This document shows, piece by piece, positions 9,582-18,059 of a stretch of DNA of 37,665 nucleotides. A model generated the notes under the pieces. The model did no database searches. It saw only the letters and a program-made list of their open reading frames with translations, and was not told the DNA's origin. Source of the DNA: Pseudomonadota bacterium (GTDB lineage Bacteria; BMS3Abin14); the NCBI GenBank assembly GCA_003228585.1, contig QIEJ01000109.1:1-37665 (forward strand). The letters are read 5' to 3'. A program made the position numbers and the translations under genes. How positions within the stretch are numbered: the first letter of the stretch is position 1; each line of letters begins with the position of its first letter.

Positions 9582-10187
9582 TTACAGGTCTTTTACCACT
9601 GCTGACTCGTAGCCCGCTTTGGCACCCTCTTTGTTGGCCGACACCGCGACCAGGCTGTCAATGGTCAGGTTGTCAGTTCCGTGGCATGCAGCACCGGCCA
9701 GCACCGCCGAGATTCCAGCACCGACAGCGGAGACTTCAACGCCACCCTCAGATCCCATGAAGTCCAGACCTTCCATGGAGAACTCCTCCTCGGCGTCAAC
9801 ACAGATGATCTTGCTGAGCAGGTCCTTGTTGGGGATGAACTTGAGGATCTCATCGGGAGATCTCTTGGAGTTGACGACCAGGACTCCGCCTTTATCCATG
9901 CCCCAGAGAATATTCAATCCCTTGACGATGGTGTCGTCCATGATCACGACCAGGCTGGGGTTTTTGTTCTCATACTCGTAGCGCATCTCGATCTCTTCAT
10001 CGCTGATGCGGACATACTTCCGCAGTGGAACTCCAACTCTGTCAGGCAGGTCCGCATAATCGTCCCACGCCTGAACAAACTTGCCGTCCTTGTCCGCTGA
10101 GCTGGCCATGATAAGGGTCATGTGTCGCCCTTCCATATCCTGGACCACCCCGCGCGCCCAAATAGTAATTTCATATACATCGGACAT
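9582..10187 (-). CDS. Oxalate oxidoreductase gamma subunit (OFOR domain III)
   Basis: ITIWARGVV, VQAWDDYADLPDR, YENKNP, GSEGG (candidate Glu plug loop), GAGISA; matches the N-terminal domain of the fused M. thermoacetica third subunit. Confidence 0.85.
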   Translation of the reverse strand: MSDVYEITIWARGVVQDMEGRHMTLIMASSADKDGKFVQAWDDYADLPDRVGVPLRKYVRISDEEIEMRYEYENKNPSLVVIMDDTIVKGLNILWGMDKGGVLVVNSKRSPDEILKFIPNKDLLSKIICVDAEEEFSMEGLDFMGSEGGVEVSAVGAGISAVLAGAACHGTDNLTIDSLVAVSANKEGAKAGYESAVVKDL

Positions 10188-10263
10188 AATGATTTTCCTC
10201 CCTTGTTCTATTGGTAGAACTCCAGTTTTCTACATAGGATGATAGTCCTATATCCCCCCCCTT

Positions 10264-10980
10264 CTAGTCGGGTTTTACTGGTTCCTCCTTTCCTTTCACC
10301 CCAAACAGACTGATTTCTATATCCTCAAGGTGCTCACGCATGATGTCGGCCGCGAGCTCCTTATCCCCGGCTTTTACAAAATTTAACAACTCTCTATGAC
10401 GGACGAGAGACTTCTCGGGTCTTCCCTCTACCTGAAGGTACTGGTCACGGCTTTCAGCCAGAGCATCCATAACGCTGTCCATGATTCGAATGAGTATCTG
10501 ATTTTTCGTCGCCTGGACAAGCGTGCAATGGAAGGTCTTGTCGAAATCAGTGCCGGTCTCTCCCCTGGAAATCTGCTCTTCCTGCACGCTCAGGATCTTC
10601 TCCATCTCAGCAATCTCATCCGGTGTGGCTCGCTCCGCGGCCAGATAGGCCAACTGCGGCTCAATGAGGCGCCGCATCTCAAAAAGCTCCGCCAGAGCGT
10701 CCTTCTTCGAAAGGATTGCGGAGGCCAGCGGCTGGACCAGTGTTTCAACAGATTGGCTGGCTATATATGTTCCGTCTCCCTGCCGGCTCTCCAGATAACC
10801 CTGACTTTCCAACGTGCGAAGTGCCTCCCGGACGGATGACCGGCTCACTTTGAAAACTTCCGACAGCTCGCGCTCCGTAGGAAGTTGATCTCCGGATTTG
10901 AGTTTGCCCTGGCTGATCATGTCTTTTATTTTTGAAACAATCTCCTCGTAAACTCTGGTTTTTTTTACCGGCTTGAACAT
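10264..10980 (-). CDS. FadR/GntR-family transcriptional regulator (HTH plus FCD domain)
   Basis: LPTERELSEVFKVSRSSVREAL, QGDGTYI, C-terminal DKTFH...N...H...MREHL. Confidence 0.93.
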   Translation of the reverse strand: MFKPVKKTRVYEEIVSKIKDMISQGKLKSGDQLPTERELSEVFKVSRSSVREALRTLESQGYLESRQGDGTYIASQSVETLVQPLASAILSKKDALAELFEMRRLIEPQLAYLAAERATPDEIAEMEKILSVQEEQISRGETGTDFDKTFHCTLVQATKNQILIRIMDSVMDALAESRDQYLQVEGRPEKSLVRHRELLNFVKAGDKELAADIMREHLEDIEISLFGVKGKEEPVKPD

Positions 10981-10995
10981 TTGCAGGCTTTACAC

Positions 10996-13170
10996 TCAGT
11001 GCATCTGCTTGGGAACTATGGGATTGGTCGACACAATTGTGTGCTGGGTGGCAGCTTCCTCAAAATGCCTGGAGGTCACGACACAGCCCGTAAGATCCTT
11101 ATCCTTCCCACTCCCAAAGGCCTCTTCAATGGCCATCATAATGGCTCTTTTGCAAAGAGCCTCGATATCGGCTCCGGTCCATCCCTCGCCAGCCTGCAGG
11201 ATGGAATTGATATCCACATCGGTATCCAGTGGAAGAGAATCAAGATAGGTCTTCAGAATCGCCTCTCTTGCTTCTCGATCGGGAAGAGGAAATTCCATGA
11301 TGTAATCGAATCGCCCCGCCCTGAGCAGAGCCGGCTCAACAAGATCTATCCGGTTAGTGGCAGCAACTACGAAAACCCCCAGGGACCCGTGAAGCTCATC
11401 CAGTTCCCGGAAGAGCTGGCTGACTACCCTCTGGGAGACATCACTGGAGTACTCGGCCGAACGAGCCTGGGCGATGGCTTCGATCTCGTCCAGGAAAAGG
11501 ATGCACGGTGAAGCCTGCCTGGCCCTCTTGAACACTTCCCTCAGGCCCTTTTCTGTCTCCCCTACCCATTTCGAAAGAAGGGATGGGGGATCAACCATTA
11601 TGAGGGTCATGCCCATCTCTCCTGAAAGGGCCTTGGCCATCAGGGTCTTTCCGGTGCCGGATGGACCTGTGAACATGATACCCTTCGGTGGGCCGATACG
11701 GGTATTCGCGAAGATTGGCAGGTCGCGGGATGGGAGCTGCAGGATGGATTTGAGATTCCGCTTTATCTCCTTTAATCCTCCAACATCGCTGAAGGTAATG
11801 CGGGATCTTTCAGTCAGGAATTCCCGGGTTGAGGTTGGTTCCACTCCTTTGAAGGCCGTCAGGAAATCATCGGAGGTGACCTCGATCTTCATGCCCTTTT
11901 TCAGAGTCGGTTTGCTGTCTACTTCAAACTTGATGCCAGGCAGAATACGGCGAAGAGCCGCCATCCCAGCCTCTTTGCAGAGGGCGGCGATATCGGCCCC
12001 CACATATCCATGGGTGATCTCTGCCAGTTTATCCAGGTCCACATCGGCAGTCAGCGGCATCTTGCGGGAGTGGATCTTCAGGATCTCCAGGCGACCAGCC
12101 TGATTGGGCACACCTATGGTAATCTCACGATCGAAACGCCCGGGGCGCCTGAGGGCCGGGTCCACAAGCTCCGGCATATTGGTAGCGCCGATGATAACCA
12201 CCTCACCCCTTGCGACCAGGCCATCCATCAGGGCGAGAAGTTGAGCCACAACACGTTTCTCAACATCACCGATAACCTGGGCCCTCCTCGGAGCCAGTGC
12301 GTCTATCTCATCGAGGAAGATGATGCTGGGAGCATTTCTCCGGGCCTCTTCGAAAACATCCCTGAGCTTTGCCTCGCTCTCTCCATAGAACTTGTGGATG
12401 ACCTCTGGCCCGTTGACGTGGATGAAGTGCGCCCTGACCTCATTGGAGATAGTACGGGCCACGAGGGTTTTTCCCGTCCCGGGCGGTCCGGACAAAAGAA
12501 CACCCCGGGGTGGATCGATGCCCAGGGAGGTAAAGAGATCAGGGAACTTCAGGGGAAGCTCGATCATTTCCCTGATGTGAGTCAGTTCACTTTCCAGGCC
12601 TCCAATGTCCTCATAGGAAACTCTGTTTGCTTTCTCATGGGAGACGTCGGCAGCCTTAAAGTTGATATCCGTGTTGGCGGTAATACGCAGCGCGCCTCGC
12701 GGACTTGCCCCGTCAATGAAGAAAAACTGGGGACGGGTCCCAAACAGAGTAACCTGAACTTTATCCCCCTGTACGACGTGCTTTCCGGCAAGCAACTGCC
12801 TTATATGGGGAATCTCCGATTCTTTCGGGATGATGCTGGAGGTTTCCATGGGTGAGAGAAGGATACTCTCAGCCGATTTGTGGGGGACCTTTTCGATGGT
12901 GCACCATTCGTCTACTGTTACTTTTGCATTATCTCTGGTGATACCGTCGATCTGGATCAGATTCTGGCCGGAATATTCCGGAGTGGTCTGGGCAGCTCGA
13001 GCGACTGTCGATCCCCGACCGGAAATCTTAAGTGTTTCTCCGGGTACCGCTCCCAGACTCTTCAATACTGCCTCATCCACACGGGCAAGACCTTTTCCGG
13101 CCTCCTCGATAAATGCTTCGGCAACCCGCAGAGATACGTGCTGTATCGATTTAAATTTTGTTTTTTTCAT
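10996..13170 (-). CDS. Cdc48/VCP-family double-ring AAA+ ATPase
   Basis: CDC48 N-domain (GKGLARVD...IQIDGITRDNA); D1 GPPGTGKT / FLDEID / ALRRPGRFDRE; D2 GPSGTGKT / FLDEIE / ALLRAGRFDY. Confidence 0.93.
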   Translation of the reverse strand: MKKTKFKSIQHVSLRVAEAFIEEAGKGLARVDEAVLKSLGAVPGETLKISGRGSTVARAAQTTPEYSGQNLIQIDGITRDNAKVTVDEWCTIEKVPHKSAESILLSPMETSSIIPKESEIPHIRQLLAGKHVVQGDKVQVTLFGTRPQFFFIDGASPRGALRITANTDINFKAADVSHEKANRVSYEDIGGLESELTHIREMIELPLKFPDLFTSLGIDPPRGVLLSGPPGTGKTLVARTISNEVRAHFIHVNGPEVIHKFYGESEAKLRDVFEEARRNAPSIIFLDEIDALAPRRAQVIGDVEKRVVAQLLALMDGLVARGEVVIIGATNMPELVDPALRRPGRFDREITIGVPNQAGRLEILKIHSRKMPLTADVDLDKLAEITHGYVGADIAALCKEAGMAALRRILPGIKFEVDSKPTLKKGMKIEVTSDDFLTAFKGVEPTSTREFLTERSRITFSDVGGLKEIKRNLKSILQLPSRDLPIFANTRIGPPKGIMFTGPSGTGKTLMAKALSGEMGMTLIMVDPPSLLSKWVGETEKGLREVFKRARQASPCILFLDEIEAIAQARSAEYSSDVSQRVVSQLFRELDELHGSLGVFVVAATNRIDLVEPALLRAGRFDYIMEFPLPDREAREAILKTYLDSLPLDTDVDINSILQAGEGWTGADIEALCKRAIMMAIEEAFGSGKDKDLTGCVVTSRHFEEAATQHTIVSTNPIVPKQMH

Positions 13171-13206
13171 CGCCTAACGCCAAATCCTCCACACACATGA
13201 CGGCTT

Positions 13207-13339
13207 GGTGGTCAGACCAGACAGCCTGGCTAGCGTTGGTGGTACGGTGGTCAGACCAACAATCAACTAAAATAACCCTCAACAGCCTTGTTTGAGCTAA
13301 ATGTTCCTTGTTTGGTGTTGAGGTATGGTGGTCGGACCA
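13207..13339. promoter_or_regulatory. Three FadR/GntR-type operators GG-TGGTC(A/G)GACCA
   Basis: Palindromes TGGTCAGACCA at 13209-13219 and 13248-13258 and TGGTCGGACCA at 13329-13339, each preceded by GG. Confidence 0.8.
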
Positions 13340-13341
13340 AT

Positions 13342-13370
13342 AATGTAGGCCATGGAAAAGTCTTTGTCAA
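13342..13370 (-). promoter_or_regulatory. Sigma70 promoter of the cdc48-gntR-oor operon
   Basis: TTGACA (13370-13365), 17-nt spacer, TACATT (13347-13342); the predicted start site falls within the operator at 13329-13339. Confidence 0.7.
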
Positions 13371-13405
13371 TAGAATTCAGTATATGTGAGATCGCCCTCC
13401 TCTTT

Positions 13406-13431
13406 TACCTGTTTCGTCTACCTGTTTCGTC
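13406..13431. repeat. 13-bp tandem duplication
   Basis: TACCTGTTTCGTC twice (13406-13418, 13419-13431). Confidence 0.85.
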
Positions 13432-13507
13432 TTTTTCCCTTAAAAGAGTGGGATATTAATATTATAGCACTGAAATTCCCATTTTGAGAGAGAGGATGGA
13501 ATTTCTG

Positions 13508-13546
13508 AAAAAAAACACCAGCCCCCCCTGAAAGTGAGCTGGTGTT
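13508..13546 (-). terminator. Rho-independent terminator of pckG
   Basis: Minus strand AACACCAGCTC...GGGCTGGTG followed by a run of 8 T. Confidence 0.8.
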
Positions 13547-13573
13547 CTGGTATCGGCACTCTGAATTGTTAAG

Positions 13574-15367
13574 TCAGGCCTTGGCCAGTCTTTCCTTGAA
13601 GGCGTCCAGTTGGGTTCTCATGCGATCTGTTAAATGGCTGCCGAACTGCTCAAAATACTCCTCGATATCCGGTATCTCGCCCTGCCATAATTGGGGATCA
13701 ACCTCGAGAAGCTTCCTGAGATCCTCAGATGGGATGGAAAGACCCTCGAGATCAAGGTCACCCTCTCCCGGCATCAGACCGACAGGGGTTTGTTTCGCCC
13801 CCGCTTTACCATCGATCCTTTCACACATCCACTTCAAAACCCTGCTGTTCTCACCGAAGCCGGGCCACAACCATCGACCGTCTTCTCCCTTCCGGAACCA
13901 GTTGACGTAAAAGATCCTGGGAGCGTTCTCCCCCAGCCGGTCACCCATTTCGAACCAGTGCTGGAAATAATCGCCCATGTTGTAACCGCAGAACGGTGAC
14001 ATGGCGAAGGGATCCCGGCGTATCGGGCTGACCTTGTCGAGGATCGCCGCCGTGGCTTCGGAAGAAGCCGAGGCCGCCATAAAAACGCCATGATCCCAGT
14101 TAAAGGACTCGTACACCAGCGGGATGACCGAAGAACGGCGGCCGCCGAAGATAAATATGTCTATGGGGATCCCCTCGGGATCCTCCCAGTCGGGAGCTTC
14201 ACTGGGACACTGGCTTACGTGAGACGTGAAGCGGGCATTGGGATGGGCTGCCGGTTCATCACTGCCCGGTGCCCAATCCCTGCCTTTCCAGTCGATGGCG
14301 TGAGCCGGTGGAGGCCCGTCCATATCTTCCCACCAGACATCCCCATCGTCCGTCAGGGCACAGTTGGTGAAGATTGTCTTTTCCTTCAGCATTTCGTTGG
14401 CAACCGGGTTGGAAACACTGGAGGTGCCCGGGGCCACACCGAAGAACCCTGTTTCGGGGTTGATGGCGTGAATCCGGCCGTCAGACCGGATCTTCATCCA
14501 GCAGATATCATCACCCAGGGTCTCGGCCTTCCACCCCGGTATGGTCGGTTGAATCATGGCCAGATTGGTCTTGCCGCACGCGGATGGGAAGGCTCCGGCT
14601 ATGTGATATTTGCGGCCCTCGGGGCTGATGAGTCTCAGGATGAGCATGTGCTCGGCCAGCCAGCCTTCTCTTCGGGCCATGGAGGAAGCGATACGAAGGC
14701 TGAGGCACTTTTTGCCCAACAAGGCGTTGCCCCCATACCCGGAGCCGTAGGACCAGATGAGATTCTCCTCGGGGAAGTGGCTGATGTATTTATCCTTGAT
14801 GGGAGCGCAAGGCCATGGAACGTCTTTCTGGCCGGGCTCCAGCGGCGCTCCAACCGAGTGCAGGCAGGGGATAAACTCCCCGTCATCGCCGAGGGCTTCG
14901 ATCACCCTGTCTCCTACTCGAGTCATAATGTGCATGTTGCAGACCACATAGGGGCTTTCGGTTAACTGGACGCCGATCTTTGCCAGAGGAGAGCCTATGG
15001 GACCCATGGAGAAGGGAATGACATACATGGTGCGCCCCCTCATGCAGCTGTTGTAAAGACCCTTCATCGTTTCCTTCAGTTGGGTGGGATCGATCCAGTT
15101 ATTGGTCGGGCCCGCATCCTCCTCGGAAAGGGTACTGAGATAGGTGCGGCCTTCGATACGTGCGACATCGGTGGGATCAGACCGGAAAAGAAAACTCTCT
15201 GGACGCTTCTTCAAAGGAATGGCGGCGCCACTTTCCACCATCAAGGCCGTCATGCGATCGTATTCTTCCTTCGAGCCATCACACCAGCGGATCTGGTCAG
15301 GCTTACAAAGAGTGGCCATTTCATCGACCCACTGATTCAGTCCCTCATGTTTACACACCGCGGTCAT
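13574..15367 (-). CDS. pckG: Phosphoenolpyruvate carboxykinase (GTP)
   Basis: [58 protein letters not shown]; probable start ATG 15367 after SD GGGAG. Confidence 0.96.
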   Translation of the reverse strand: MTAVCKHEGLNQWVDEMATLCKPDQIRWCDGSKEEYDRMTALMVESGAAIPLKKRPESFLFRSDPTDVARIEGRTYLSTLSEEDAGPTNNWIDPTQLKETMKGLYNSCMRGRTMYVIPFSMGPIGSPLAKIGVQLTESPYVVCNMHIMTRVGDRVIEALGDDGEFIPCLHSVGAPLEPGQKDVPWPCAPIKDKYISHFPEENLIWSYGSGYGGNALLGKKCLSLRIASSMARREGWLAEHMLILRLISPEGRKYHIAGAFPSACGKTNLAMIQPTIPGWKAETLGDDICWMKIRSDGRIHAINPETGFFGVAPGTSSVSNPVANEMLKEKTIFTNCALTDDGDVWWEDMDGPPPAHAIDWKGRDWAPGSDEPAAHPNARFTSHVSQCPSEAPDWEDPEGIPIDIFIFGGRRSSVIPLVYESFNWDHGVFMAASASSEATAAILDKVSPIRRDPFAMSPFCGYNMGDYFQHWFEMGDRLGENAPRIFYVNWFRKGEDGRWLWPGFGENSRVLKWMCERIDGKAGAKQTPVGLMPGEGDLDLEGLSIPSEDLRKLLEVDPQLWQGEIPDIEEYFEQFGSHLTDRMRTQLDAFKERLAKA

Positions 15368-15453
15368 AGAACCATCTCCCAATTATCGTTTTATCCGGAA
15401 AGTAAAAAGGCATTCCCGGCGCATACCGGAGAACAGAGTTCTCCGACAGACTC

Positions 15454-15936
15454 CTAGCAGCGGTGAACCAGCACGGGGATCTTCGAATAACGGAGGATCT
15501 TTGTTGTCACGCCCCCCAGAATTGCGCCAACCATGCTGCTCACTGTGCTGTGCGATGCCATGAAGATAAGATCACAGTTCTTTCTTTCCGCGATCTTCAA
15601 TATGCCATCCACAGGGGATTCTCTGTCGATAAAGACGCCTTCAAAAACCACATCCGCATCGCTTGCCATCTTTTCAAGTTTTGACAGGACCTCGTCCGCC
15701 ATAGCCTTGTGTATTTTTTCAACCTGAGCCAGCGCATCCTGTGCTTTGTCGGCATCACCGCGTCCCCACAGGATGTCGGGCTGGTAGGTCTCCAGAATCT
15801 CCCCCGGAGAGAGTTTCGGCTCAACATGAACCCCTGTCACCCTGGCGCTGATGGCCTTGGCAAGCTTGACACCCTCTGTGAGGGCCTCTTCACAGTTCTT
15901 CGAGCCCTTTGTCGGAATGAGAATATTTTTGTACAT
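15454..15936 (-). CDS. Universal stress protein (UspA family)
   Basis: MYKNILIPT, CDLIFMASH, ILGGVTTKIL, IPVLV; ATG 15936 with SD GGGAGG. Confidence 0.92.
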   Translation of the reverse strand: MYKNILIPTKGSKNCEEALTEGVKLAKAISARVTGVHVEPKLSPGEILETYQPDILWGRGDADKAQDALAQVEKIHKAMADEVLSKLEKMASDADVVFEGVFIDRESPVDGILKIAERKNCDLIFMASHSTVSSMVGAILGGVTTKILRYSKIPVLVHRC

Positions 15937-16132
15937 GCAACCTCCCTTTTCACTGCCAATCGGTTCATGGAGAAACAAAACCACTTTTCTGATACCGAAG
16001 AGAGCGCGCCCCCCTGCCTCTTACACATCGGAATCAAGTACGACCGATGTGCCGCTGCCAACAACGGACCAAGCTTTAAATATTGGTCCAGCCCGTGTTT
16101 GTCAAGCCTGAACTGTAAATTCTATCACAAAT

Positions 16133-16423
16133 TCAACCCAAAACCACCTGCCCCACAAACACCGTGAGGCTCCCGATAACCATTGTCAGGACCAGGCTCT
16201 TCGTTCTCACAGCTATGATGAAGCTTGCCAGAAGCGCCATGACGTTCGGATTGGCGAGACCGGCGTCGATAGCCCCATCGGCGGTGATGGCGCCTGGAAG
16301 GATAAGCGCTGAAAGGATGGCCGCGGGGAGGTAGCTGAGCCAGGTCATTACGACCCGCGGCAATCGCACCTGGGAGAGGGCCGCAAGGGGAATCAGGCGC
16401 GGGAAGTAGGTGACGGCCCACAT
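16133..16423 (-). CDS. azlD: AzlD-family branched-chain amino acid transport small subunit (short N-terminus)
   Basis: VTYFPRLIP, WLSYLPAAILSALILP, RTKSLVLT; downstream of azlC. Confidence 0.8.
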   Translation of the reverse strand: MWAVTYFPRLIPLAALSQVRLPRVVMTWLSYLPAAILSALILPGAITADGAIDAGLANPNVMALLASFIIAVRTKSLVLTMVIGSLTVFVGQVVLG

Positions 16424-16545
16424 GCCTTCGTCTCCATACTCATTTTCCTGAGAGTTTTAAAGTTTCAGGTTTCAAGTCAACTCCAGATTCAAAGTAAAAA
16501 ATTCAGATTCAAATTTACTTAATTCAACATCCAAGATCAAAAACA

Positions 16546-16660
16546 GTCATTGCGAGGAATCACGCCAGCGGCGTGATGACGCGGCAATCCCGTGGAGCAC
16601 AGCGACCGCGGAAGTCTCATCTAACTGAGATCGCTTCGCTCGGGTTCAGCTCGCGATGAC
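16546..16660. repeat. Short palindromic REP/MITE-like element, about 115 bp
   Basis: Ends GTCATTGCGAG and CTCGCGATGAC (10/11 inverted match), inner hairpin ATCACGCC-AGC-GGCGTGAT, and a GCAATC...GAGATCGC pair. Confidence 0.75.
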
Positions 16661-16711
16661 GGCGCTTTTTCTCCGTTTCACCGATTCCCCGGTTCCCCAG
16701 CTCCAACATTA

Positions 16712-17443
16712 TCAACCCGCGCCCCTTCGCCCATGCGCCCCATCCCCTCTTCTCCGTGTCCCCTCTTCAAGGAGCAAACCGAGGGTCGCGCCTGTCATGG
16801 CCGCGGCGATAATGTGCCGCCAGGTACCGCCCATGAAGCGTGAGAAAATGATGGACATGGATGCTGAAAAAACAGCGATCAACATGTGAAGCCGGTTCGA
16901 AAGCTGAAGAATCAGCAACCCGACAAACATGGAATAAAGAGCAAATTCCAGACTGCTCTGAAGAGCGGCCGGCACGATATATCCGGCGAAGGCACCCATT
17001 ACCGTCCCGGTGATCCAGCTGGCGTAGGCCGTATAGTTAAGAGCCAGGCTGTACCTGTAGTCAGCCTGCCGGGCATTGAATTTCCCTATGGAAATCGCAT
17101 AGGTCTCATCGGTGACTCCCCAGGCGACAAAGGGGATAATCCTGCTGCTGACTTTCTTGAAAAAGGGGGAGAGAGATGCGCTCATGAGAACATGTCTGAG
17201 ATTGACGAAGAAGGTTGTCAGAACCACCTCGAAAGGCGAGGCTCCTCCCGCCAACAGACCTACCGCTATGAACTGACTGGCTCCTGCAAAGACGATCAGG
17301 GACATGAGGATGGCCGGGAACAGACCCATACCGCTCTGCCTGGCTATGATTCCGTATGCAGCACCCATGGGAACGTACCCGATAATTATGGGGACTGCGT
17401 CATTGATCCCGCTCTTTATCATCTGTCCTGAACTGAAGTTCAT
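16712..17443 (-). CDS. azlC: AzlC-family branched-chain amino acid permease
   Basis: PIIIGYVPMG, FAGASQF, VNLRHVLMS, VTDETYA motifs. Confidence 0.93.
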   Translation of the reverse strand: MNFSSGQMIKSGINDAVPIIIGYVPMGAAYGIIARQSGMGLFPAILMSLIVFAGASQFIAVGLLAGGASPFEVVLTTFFVNLRHVLMSASLSPFFKKVSSRIIPFVAWGVTDETYAISIGKFNARQADYRYSLALNYTAYASWITGTVMGAFAGYIVPAALQSSLEFALYSMFVGLLILQLSNRLHMLIAVFSASMSIIFSRFMGGTWRHIIAAAMTGATLGLLLEEGTRRRGDGAHGRRGAG

Positions 17444-17455
17444 ATGGTAAACAGT

Positions 17456-18058
17456 TTAAGGGGTGACAATCTTCAAAAATGCGCCGACCGCGAGGGGGAT
17501 GGTCAGGTTATCATTGAAAGGGCGGGGGAGTGCCTCGGCCAGGGTTCCTATAAGGGAAGCACCCAGCAGAACCGGAAGGCCGATATGCTGGATGGATCCG
17601 AAAAACCTTCTCAGGATCAGATAACCGGTGATAGACACCACAAAACAGGCGATGCTTCCCTCGAGGGTCTTGTCTCCGATCCTGATCCTTCCGAATCCCT
17701 TTCCAGCCAGGGCCGCCGCTCTGTCACCGAGAACCAGGGGGACCAGCGACAGCACGGCTATTTCCCGGGGGAAGAGCAGGAAGACCAGGAAAACCCCGCC
17801 CACGAAGGCCGGGGTCCCGGTAATTCCATCATGTTCGGAAGGGCGCATGAAGATGCCAAGGCTGCTCCGGGTAAACCTGTTGAAGGGAGGGCTGAAATGC
17901 CTTGCCGCCTCCACAGCCATTGTGACAAGCAGGATCGTGCCCAGCGCAACCCTGTTGGAGATCCCTGGAAGGTGATATCCCAGCGCCGCGAGGAAGATCC
18001 CTCCCACAGCATGAAAAACCGTCCTGGGCAGTTCAGCCTTTACGCTGCCGAATGCCAT
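17456..18058 (-). CDS. CTP-dependent lipid kinase of the phytol/dolichol/Dgk1 (CTP_transf_1) family
   Basis: ELPRTVFH, MRPSE, GDRAAALAGKGFG, KTLEGS, NDNLTIP; membrane protein starting 1 nt after the bCerS-like stop. Confidence 0.8.
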   Translation of the reverse strand: MAFGSVKAELPRTVFHAVGGIFLAALGYHLPGISNRVALGTILLVTMAVEAARHFSPPFNRFTRSSLGIFMRPSEHDGITGTPAFVGGVFLVFLLFPREIAVLSLVPLVLGDRAAALAGKGFGRIRIGDKTLEGSIACFVVSITGYLILRRFFGSIQHIGLPVLLGASLIGTLAEALPRPFNDNLTIPLAVGAFLKIVTP

Positions 18059-18059
18059 A

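Noticed and set aside
13574-15936. pckG and usp as part of the oxalate operon
   Set aside because: A strong terminator (13508-13546) and a separate promoter and operators lie between them and cdc48.
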